NCBI RefSeq assembly: GCF_009914755.1 | Contig: NC_060938.1 | DNA: 64,000 bases | Reading direction: 5' to 3' (one strand) | Source: the human T2T-CHM13v2.0 reference genome, Homo sapiens | Shown here: positions 51,715 through 64,000 of the stretch, piece after piece | How positions within the stretch are numbered: position 1 is the stretch's first letter | How the letters are laid out: each line of letters starts with the position of its first letter | The notes under the pieces: generated by a model | Databases searched by the model: none | What the model was told of the DNA's origin: nothing | The model's input: the letters and a program-made list of their open reading frames with translations, nothing else | Program-made: the position numbers and the translations under genes

Positions 51715-54700
51715 CACACACATCCACACTCATCTGTCACTTTGTTCCTGAGGTCTCAGTATTCACCTCAGAGTCCCTACCCAGACACCCTTCTGTTCAG
51801 TGTTTCTCAGTGGTTACCAAGTAAGCATAATGGAAAAAGAAGAGTAAGTGTGTATCCCAAGGGCCTTTGGGTGTAGCCTACACCCATGACACAGGGAGTT
51901 TATTTAAAGTTTCACATTTTAAAACTATGTGTGCTTTTACTCCTTGATGCATACATTTATTTGTAATAAAACAGTGTTTTGAATGGCTTACTACTGGAGA
52001 AAATGGACTTTGTGTAGTCTGGCTCCAAGTGCCCCTTGGTTCGTAGCCAGGTGTCCGCATACCTGTTTGAGATGCACAGTCTGTCCAACTCTGACAGCCA
52101 TATGCACTCTCAGAGAAGCAGCCACTTTGATGAGACTGATTTTGCTTGAGAACCAGGAATAATCTGGAGGCTTAAAGATAAATGCAAATGAAGAGCTCTG
52201 TACCCCTTCATCACCATTCTAGAAACCTAGTGTCTGAGAGGAAAAACAAAATTCCTAATTGAAAAAGTCAAAAAGGGAGAAATAACAGTTTTAAGTGGTG
52301 CTGTCCCTCTCTGAATAGCCTTCCCTATGCTTCATCTTGCTAATTTCTCATGCTTTAAAACTCACTTCCAGAACCTTTTCCAGTAAAAAGCTTTTTCTGA
52401 CTTTCTCATCTGCTTAGATGCTTGATGTAGATCATGTACATACTTCTATCGTATTTCTTCACATAAAATATCATTGTTTCTTTATCTCCTTCATTAGACT
52501 ATAACTTTCTTAAACCTTTATATCCACAAACATGTAGCATAATAGTATCTGGCAGGTAAGTGTATAACAATGAAAAATAGTCCCTATCTCTTTAGTATTG
52601 TTCCCCATAAGCCCTACATTATACAATATTTTTATCTACCAATAGTATTTTAAAGTACATAATGATTAACCAATGTTTCCATTTGACTAATAAAAGATGT
52701 TTTATCTGAGCATGTCCATAAACATAATAAATGGAAAATCCTTTTAAGTGTTAAAATTACTTGTTAATTTAGATTGTTGCTGTTTTGTTTTGCTCATGTG
52801 GGCTCATACAAGTTTTAGCTAAAGGTGTAAAACCCCAATATTTAAAATGTGTGTCATTTTCTAGTCATTCACAGGACTTGGTGCAAAACAATGATCTGCT
52901 TTCTATCATAAAATCATGGAATCCTGACAAAAGGAATACAAAGAACATTTGAAGTGATCAAGTTCGACTTCCCACTTAAAAAATATGCCTCCTTCTAAAC
53001 CTCCCTGGTAAGTGATCATGAAGTCTCTGCTTGGACCCTTCCAGTGATGGAGAATGCCCTGCTTCATGCTACATGCTTTTTGGAATAGCTCTAACACCTG
53101 AACCCACAGCCTTTCCTGCATATGAAGAGACTGCAGAGGAAGCTGGCACAGATTGCCCAGCCCAGCAGTCAGGAAGTGGGCTCAGGGCCCGAATTTGTTT
53201 ACAAATCCCACGTGAAGACTTTTAGCCAGGCCACTCTGCTGGAGACCTGAAATAATTTTTCTCACCAGGCCCAAACCTGCTTCTAAGCCCCACTTCATTA
53301 GAGCCTCTTTCATCTTAGCAACCACTTTCATCTTTCATCTGAGTAATGGCTCAGATTTTGAAGGCCTAGGGTTGAAGAGACCATAAAGTCTTCCTCTCCA
53401 CAAACTAATGAAACATCAATTCACCATTATTATGCCTTTTATCTACAGAAAAGTAGGATCTAACTTGTAATGGTCACCACCTGAATGTAGCATCCCCTTT
53501 TTGAGGGCAGAGCATGCAGGTGAACTGCTAGGTGCTAAGAAGGAAGGGTTGTTAATGGCAATTGTGTCAAATTAATCTCAGCACAAACTACTGCATTTTA
53601 TTATATAAATTCTCAAGATAATTGAATGCTATATCAAGGACATTCATCCAATTAATTTTTAAAATGTTAACAGAATTCATTTATCATCAGATAGTTTTAA
53701 TCATAACTGTCAAGAATTGTTTTATTTTTTAAGTTAGCATGCTACAGTTTTAAAAGAAATTCAAAGTGATATAACATATGAAGGTTTTTGCTGATTATTC
53801 TTATAACTCATATAAATAGGAGCAAGAATTTACACTGTAATTGATTTAAGATTGGCCATATGAGTCATACATAAAAGATCCAAATCCTGCTTCTAAAGGC
53901 TTTGAATAGTCATTGATTCTGTGAACTTTGAAAGTTTTTGAAAATGTGCTATGATCCCAATATGGTATTAAGACTATTTTATGTAACCAAAGAAAAAAAT
54001 ACACCACTAAATTATAAAACTCTGGTGCTTATATGCTTGGCTGTCTGCAAGGAATTATAGAGACTATTGGAGACACAACCTCTACCTCAAGGGAATTTCT
54101 GCCTAGACAAGGAAATCAAACATTAATTCACTTGATACAGTACGAAGTCCATGTACACAAATCGTCACTGATGAAAGGATAGGAAGGACTCCAAATCCTT
54201 AGCTATCTATTTCAATAGTCCCCACCCCCCGGGAAGAATATGTGGTTTACTTTCCTGAAAATGCACATTTGTTACCAGCTATAACTTGAACCCCAATATC
54301 TCATCCCCCTCATCACCTTAGCAGGAAGTTGCTGGAAGACTCCTTTTCTATATGTAGTTTATGGCCTTGGTTGGAAACAATAGAATTATGCAAATTAGTT
54401 GTCACCCCTACTTAGATTAACCAAATCATAGTTCAGTACCCTGCTATATATTCAATAGGCCATTAGATCATAAAGCTAATCTAAGAAGGTATATAAAGTG
54501 TTTATCACAGTACCTGCCTGCCTAGCACTAGGTGCTAAATACATGTCAACTTCTTTCTCTTTTATCTAGTTCCTCTCTTTTCCTTAACTACTCCCTGTTC
54601 CCCAAAGTATAGAGTACATTTTCATATTTGAGCATGGTAAAAGAAAAACCAATTAACTCCCTGATATTGCTATCTAAACACTGCATTTGCAAATCTCCAG

Positions 54701-55459
54701 GCTAGTCATGCATAAGAGAAAAAGTATATAAATACACCCCTATATCTGAGGGAAAACCCTCAGCTAAATTCTTCTCCATTTAGATAAAGTTAATATGAGT
54801 CTTTTGGAAAATCCCCATACTGAGGAAGGAACATTTCAGCCCACAGGCCTGACTCAGCCCACTGATTGATTTCATTCAGCTGGGGGTGAGAAAGCTTTGG
54901 GTGGCCCTGTACAGAACCCCAAGAATGGCTCCTACTCCTGAGCCCCAGTGGCCTGCTGGAGTCACCCCACTTATAGAAGTTTCTCCTGGTTTAAGGATCT
55001 AAGCAATCATAAACATGTGAATTACAATTTCTAAGGGAAGTAAAGCCAAGAACTCCCACTCTCACTTACTCCAGGTTCTAGAATTTAGCCAAGTCTTCTT
55101 AACTACTTCTCTTTTCCTCTTCTTCATAAATCCATTCCTTTTTTTACTTTTGCTTCCTCAAAGGGCTTCCCCCTCTCTGTGTACTTCTCTGTTAACTCTC
55201 TTTCCTGTTTTCTGAATTCCTCCACTTCCTCTTCCTTTTTGTCTATTTGTGTCCATTCCAGGGGCCAAGCCTCTCCTTTCACCGCCACCTCTTCCCAGCC
55301 CCATTGCTCCTCTCTTCACCCTCACTTCTGCTTCTGGTGTCTCTTCTCCTGTCTCTTCAGTTGACACTCATTACTTTCTTCCTCTTTGCAAAGTAAAGCT
55401 GAATTCCATGTCCTGGCTTTGTTGTCTTGTAGGACACTTCTATTTTCCCTTATGTTATA

Positions 55460-55808
55460 CAGGTGCTCTTCAACTTATAATGGGGTTACATCCTCATAAA
55501 CCAGTCATAAATTAAAAATATCATATGTTGAAAACACAATGTATCTCAAACATTATAGCTTAGCCTCATCTATCTGAAATATGCTCAGAACATTTACATT
55601 AGTCTGCAGTTAGGAAAAATAATCTAACACAAAGCCTATTTTATAATAAAGTGTGGAAGACCTCATGTAATTTATTGAGTACTGTGCTGAAAGTGAAAGA
55701 CAGAATGGTTGTATGGGTACACAAAGTACAGGTTCTACTGAATGCATATTGCTTTTGCACCATTGTAAAGTTAAAAATCTTAAGCTATTTTAAATTGGGG
55801 ACCATATA
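55460..55808 (+). mobile_element. MER47A (TcMar-Tigger MITE)
   Basis: ta|caggtgctcttcaacttataatggggttacatcc...ctaacacaaagcctattttataataaagtg...ggggaccat. Confidence 0.88.
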
Positions 55809-56851
55809 CATTTCGAAGACAGAAAGCCAGGGAGTATAATAAAGAGAGCATGAGACTCAGGTGTCAGAGATATGGCTTTGGCCTTGCTCAGATTCTACAA
55901 ATGTAAAAATGGGGGTCACTCAATAAATGACGTCAGTGTTCCATCCATTCTAAACCACTTGAAGGAGGTTAGTGGTTATTATGCAAATAACAATAATTGA
56001 TAGAGAATACAATAAAAATAGCAAATATTTATACAGTCCTTACTATGTCTCAAACACTGTTCCAAGCACTTCAAAGAAGCTCACTGAATCCTCAAACCAT
56101 CACATGGGCACTAAGAATGTGCAAAGGGGGTGGGATCATGGGTAGGTTTTTTTCTCTTGCAAAAGTTTCTTTTATCACTGTTTTTACAATTTTAAAACAA
56201 GGCTGTGGAGTTGAGCATTTCCATTTCACTAAGAAAGTTGACTGAATTTTCAGTTTTATTTATATACAGTTGTCTACTGATTGTTTTCCCCCTGCAGTGC
56301 AGGGTCATTCATAGAAAAAACAAAAACAAAAAAACTCCAGGCTGTTGTGATCAACCTATGTACCAACTTTCCCTTTTCTAAACAGAAAATAATGCTTCCA
56401 AAGATTCATATTGATGTGATAATACATGGAGCATATCATTCAATATCTTTCAATAAACGTTGTGTGACATTTTCACACAAATGATCACAGTGGAAACATA
56501 ATCATTATTGTTAGGAAACACAATCATTATGTGTTAAATAATACACTTAAAGGTTGACCTTGATGTCTTCTGTCTGGCAGAATGGCAGAGAATTTCATTT
56601 TAACAGATTGTTAAAGACTCCTTTTAGAAACCAATGCTCCTGGGAGTTATTATACCACATAGGGGTTAAATAAGCACAGAGCAGATTACTATACTTAAAA
56701 AATAAAAGCAACACAAAGAGCCTTAACAGCACATTCACTTTCAAAACAGGGGATGTCTGGGGCTTATTTCTCTAGAAAGTATATTACTTCTCTTCTTAAA
56801 AATATGATTTTTTTTTGTTCCTTAATGTTATTCATAAGAATAAACCAATTT

Positions 56852-57234
<383 letters not shown>

Positions 57235-58519
57235 CTAGAAAGCAGTATTAGGCATTTGCTCTTTCCAGACTTTTGGTAAAATAGGAACAGTTCTCTAACA
57301 CCACGGATTCAATTTAAAATAAACTCACAGAAGTTCAATTCTGGTAATTCAAACATAATGGGCTGCAATTTACTCTTGTATTATCTATAATAAAAGGTTT
57401 GCTAAACAAATTGATAGTATAGTAAGTAGTGGCCACTCCAAATTTTCTACGTATAATGGCACATAGGGGCTACAATCTAGTTAGAGAAGTCAGTTGACTT
57501 ATTTTGAAGCTGCATTTGCATGAGAAGCACTCTGATTTTACTTTGATGGTATGTTCATATATAAATAAAAGTAGAGCAGACTTTTTAAAATATCATATGC
57601 ACACTTTACATAAAATTGAGAAAAAAACTGATTTTCCACATTGAAGAATACATATTTATTTAGGGTGGCATTAGATGACTGATGGAGATTTTTAGAGGGA
57701 GAATTAACATCATCTCCTAGTCCCACCCCCAAGCATTTCCTAATAATAATGGTAAAAGACTGTTGCCTAATCTACTTAAAATACCATTTGGTTCCAAAAA
57801 CGTTGGCAGCGACTGAAGTGTACACAGACTCAGTAAATACACAAATGATGATGCATCACTTATCTGGGCAATGAAGATTCACATAGACCCATCATTAAGC
57901 CCTTCTCAGAGGCTGAGATTAGCTACTGTCTACTGGTAGAGCCATGACTGGAATCCAATATGGAATCTCCAAATCCTCTCTCTTTCTCTCATTTCTCCAT
58001 AGCCAATCTGGAAAGAGTATGGCTTAGTAATCCTCTGAGAGCCACAAATTCAGTTAGAGTATATTCTTGAAATTAATACAACAAAATTTATGGAATGCAG
58101 ATCTTTTGCCTGATTTAGACTGCTCTTCCTCATAGTCTGACCATATTGTTATTTTACTGAATTTATTTATATATTCTTAGTATGTATTTGTGTCATCTAT
58201 CCAACTTCATACTTTGTGTCTGTGTACATATATATATTAAACGCTTAATAAATATTTGTGGAATAAAGGATGATTGAGTGAGATTTTATTGAACCATGAA
58301 ACTATTGCCCCTGTGTAAACAGTGATCTCTATGAGAGTATCTGGAATCATTGATTTCTAAGAGTTAGAAAGTTATTTCATTTCCCCATCCATAAAAGACT
58401 TCTGAAAAATTCCAGAATTTGTGGGTGTTTGTACAGATTTTCCAGTGGGGGTCTGTGATCATGAAACGATTTTTTAAATTACTAATCTAATGTATCTCCT
58501 CTATTATAACCCCTCTGTC

Positions 58520-59630
<1,111 letters not shown>

Positions 59631-59632
59631 GT

Positions 59633-60200
<568 letters not shown>

Positions 60201-60489
60201 TCATAAGTAACTTAGCTTATGTGTGCATATAAGTACAGATCAGAAATCAGTAAGTACTGTAAATGTGGAAAACATCTCAACAACTAAAAGTAGTACTATA
60301 TGGTTATTTTCCCTGAAGCCCCCATCTGGACCAATATGGCTTAGATTTTGTGCATTTAGCAAACATGAGGCAACATACCTGTCAGTCTGTTTTCACTGTA
60401 CCCTATTAATATGAATACTCAATGAACATTTGAAAAAGGGAACATGTCGTCTAAACATTCCTGTGCTGCAGAGAACAGGGATTTTATTA

Positions 60490-61510
60490 TTTATCCCCTT
60501 TTATTTTCTGTTTTCTTTCTGTTGTTGAGATTGGTCATTTCTATTGTTTCTCTTCAAATTCACTAACATTTTCTTCTTTCCTCTTCACTCTGCTGTCGAG
60601 CCCACCTACTGAGGCTTTTATAAAAATTATCTCGATTACTGTGTTTCTTCTAAAATTTCCATTTAGTTCTTTATAGCTTTTATTTCTTTGGTGAGACTTT
60701 CTTTTTCTTTGCTGGGACTTTCTATTTCTTTGCTGGGGACTCTCTATTTTATTATTTATTTCAAGTGTGTTTGTAATTGTTTGTTGAATAATTTTTGTGA
60801 TGGCTACATTAAAATCCTTCTCAGATAATTCTACCATCTGTGTTAATATGGTGTCGATTGTCTTTTGTCATTCAAGTTCATATCCTACTGGTTCTTGTAA
60901 TTTTCCATTAAAATCTGGACAGTTTTGGTATTATGTCTTGAGACTATATATATTGCTTAAATAGAAGTCCAGGTTTTCCACTCAGTCTCATCACTGAGCA
61001 GTGATGAAACTCCTGACTCTCCTCTAGGCTTCCTCTAACACCACATTAGCTGGCAGGTGAATTAAGTGCCAAAGCCTTACTAGTGCTGGGTGTCTCTTAC
61101 ATCCTCAGAAAGGTGGAAGTCTAGGCTCCCTCCTTGGCTTTTGTGGTGGGCATGGAGGTGGGACCTCAGTTTATTTCATGGTGTTTGGCTGGATACAGTG
61201 ATTACTGTCTAAAAGTTTTCTATCCTGCTAGGATGCCGTTTTCTGGTCCTTTCGCTAGAAACAGCAGGCTTTTTTTGTGGGTGTTTTTTGTCTGTGCCCA
61301 TTGGCATTTCCTGCTTGTTGGCTTCTCCAGTATCCAGCCTGAGATATAGGATGAAAACAGAAAACCCCGAGAACTCACTGCTGTGTCCTTCCACAGGTCC
61401 CATGATCTCTAGTAAGACTGTCTTCTTCTCTTCATTCACCTTTCAGAGTCCCTTTCTATTTATTTTATATGCAATGTCCAGGATTTTTAGCTGTATTTAG
61501 CAGAAGGGAT
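60490..61510 (-). mobile_element. Ancient L1M 5' region/ORF1 remnant
   Basis: ORF 60541-60837 (MVELSEKDFNVAI...GLDSRV...EENVSEFE) resembles the L1 ORF1p N-terminus and coiled coil; includes three copies of a 21-bp unit at about 60683-60746. Confidence 0.7.
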
Positions 61511-62094
61511 AGAGACTCCATCTTTCTAGAGCAATCATGTTTTTATATAAGACTTTAATCTACTGAGTTATAAGACTAGCCTGCAGATTCCCACAAGCCC
61601 ACAGGGCCAGTTGATTTAGCCCTGTACTGGCGGGTAGCAGGAGCTAGCTTTCGCTGTGCTGCCTTCTCTGGTAAGAGAAGCAGCCTCTTCCAGACCAACT
61701 CCCACACATACCTGGGACAGCTTCCTAGGCTTATTGCCCTTCCACTGAATAGGAGAATCAGAATAGATTCCATCTGCTGTCCTCCCTCATTCCAGCTGGT
61801 CCCCACGGGCACACCTCAGCCCTGTACTCACAGATCACTCATCAGGACATGGGAAACGCAGCAGATCACCACTCCTACTGCCCTCCTCCAAAATGTCTTC
61901 CCATGTGGATTACCAAAACCGACTTCTCTCCACCCCCAATCCTTCCTTGCTCTCCTGAGCTTCCCCATTGCTATTTGGCTGAGGTCCAGCTTGGCACAGC
62001 AAGCATTTTATAGTAAAACATCTAAGGTTGAGGTTCATTCTCAATCTTCATTCTCTATGGCATCTGACGCTACTGACCAGGCTTCCTATTAATA

Positions 62095-62320
62095 GTACCT
62101 TATAGATACAGAGTTATCTGCCATTTCCATGCATCTTCTTGTGTTATCCCATTTTATCTTCACATAACCCTGTAAGATAGCCAGAACAGTACTGTGCTCA
62201 TGCAATGTCATATATGAAGAAACTGATACATAAAGCAGTCATATGTCTTGCCCACATTGACATGATATTAGGTACCAAAGCCAAGACTAGATAAATCTGA
62301 TCTCTCAGTCAGGGCTCATT
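62095..62320 (-). mobile_element. MIR
   Basis: atcccattttatcttcacataaccctgtaagatag...atgaagaaactga. Confidence 0.55.
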
Positions 62321-62499
62321 CTGTACCACGTCATCTTGGCTTTTGTGATACTATAATAATAGGAGTACCTGTATTTACCATATGATTGCCAGGCACTCCA
62401 CAAGACCTAATACCATATATACCTAACTATAGAATCTGAGGCTCAGGGAGCTTAAAGCTAAAGCTTTAAGCTTTTTTAATGAGGGGCAAGGAGTATTTG

Positions 62500-63400
62500 C
62501 TCTGTCCCTGGTCCTCTGTCCTTTCCATACTACATAATCTCTATGGCTTCTCTTCTAATTTTCTAAATCCATATCAACAATCCTGTTGTCACCTACAAAA
62601 TCCATTTCTTTATCTACAGTTGCCAAGTAGAAATTTCCATTCAAATGGCTTGTCATTATTTCAAGCCTCATATGACTAAAAGTGAATTCATTATCCTCTC
62701 TCCTCTAGCCAGTTCCCCCTCCCACCCTCTATAGCATAACATTCTCCCAGCCATAGGGCACAAAACTGCAGTCATTTTTTATTTATTCCTCCCCTCGTCC
62801 CCAGATAATGTGTGTTAGTCACAAAGTCCTGTTGACTGTTCTTGTGAAGCCTCTCATCTTTCTTCCCATGTACCTCCCTCTTTATTCCCATGGTTACTTA
62901 TTAGAGGCCCTGAAATTGATGTTACTGGGTTGGCTTTCTTCCAGCAAAACTCGCAGGTTTTAGAATTATCCTCATTGAATTCATCTTCTATTCTACTGTC
63001 AGACTAATCTTCCTTAACATAGCTCTGTGATATTACTTCCCTTACATATAAGCCTGCAAAGATCCCAGAATCCATAAGAAAGGAGACTAGAGTTCTGAGT
63101 AGCCCTCAAGCCCTCCAGAATCTTCCTTCTCCTCATCTGGATAAGCTATGAAACTAGGCTCATCATTGCTCACTTCCTTGTCATCATCCCCATACTCAGA
63201 CTGCCTTTCTGCTCACTTCTGCCCCCTTCCAATTCTATCCATCCTTCAAGAGACCAGGTACATTGGAACCCATACAGTCATGAAATTCGTGTCACACATA
63301 TAGCTTGTACCATCCATCCAAGCAACAAGCTGCATGCTGACCTGAGTTATTCATCTTTGCTTTGTGGGAGTTGGCCATATCTCCCAACTGGATGGTAATA
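62500..63400 (+). mobile_element. L2 fragment
   Basis: tgaattcattatc...agcataacattctcccag...gtcacaaagtcctgttgact...tctatccatccttcaag. Confidence 0.6.
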
Positions 63401-64000
63401 CGCCCAGGAGGAAATGGGGAAAGGGTACATGGCTCATGCTCCTCTATTCCCCACGTCTCCTACAAAATGCCAAGCATGAGCAGGAAAGCCAATAAATCAG
63501 CGCTTCTTACAGCTTTAACATGCACCTGGTAGGCTTGCTTCCCTAGGATGAGGTCTGTGGTCACTCCATGTGATGTTGGAGCAGGTAGTTTATAGACCAT
63601 ATTTTGAGAAGCCCTGATTTTTTCAGAGTGAGCTGAAAAATTCATGCCAAAGGCAGACATGACATTGTTTTCTATTCCTTTGCTTGTCAACTAGATCAGG
63701 AATCATTCAAATACACATAATTTTCTGTTGTTCAAGAGTAGTTTTTTTTTTTTTTTAGAAAGCCAAAGATTTGCTATGCATAAAACAAAATTCTAGGAAT
63801 TTTGGAGAATGTGAGCGTCAACAAATTTTCCAAACTCAGAAAGCAAGAATTTGGTCTATAACAGATTTTACAAAAAATCTCATGCAATAGATGAATTAGA
63901 AAAGGCATTTGGGGATTGGACACGGAAATTAGAATGGAGAATTCTTCCAGCTAAAAATTTAATTCATTAAGCAACCCAGGAAACATAGTTTTCCAATGAA

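Noticed and set aside
51229-51876. ORFs of 121 and 106 aa on opposite strands
   Set aside because: No recognisable motifs; partly microsatellite-derived.
54850-54858. TGACTCAGC AP-1/ARE-like motif
   Set aside because: A single short motif is expected by chance in 64 kb.
55100-55380. Long pyrimidine-rich tract
   Set aside because: Low complexity with no clear mirror repeat or convincing downstream exon.

Overview
This 64 kb window is AT-rich primate (very likely human) non-coding DNA, intronic or intergenic. More than half of it is recognisable interspersed repeat: Alu/FLAM, L1 of many ages, L2, MIR, L3/CR1, MaLR and ERV LTRs including a solo LTR12, and Tigger/Charlie/MER DNA transposons. 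I can support no intact protein-coding gene, RNA gene or CRISPR array. The longer ORFs are L1 ORF1/ORF2 remnants, Alu read-throughs or chance frames. The most informative structures are: (i) an old L1PA16-type insertion with an apparent 3' transduction carrying a Tigger1 fragment (43.1-43.6 kb); (ii) several locally templated insertions and snap-back scars (3.4/4.3, 3.6, 17.3, 21.6/23.6 and 36.9/37.6 kb); (iii) a near full-length fossil hAT (Charlie7-like) transposase split by nested elements; (iv) a solo LTR12 promoter firing on the minus strand; (v) a candidate 13-nt minus-strand microexon with a 110-nt AG-exclusion zone; (vi) a close inverted Alu pair. I found no convincing new biological system. 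Subfamily names come from recalled consensus sequences, and boundaries of old repeats are approximate.
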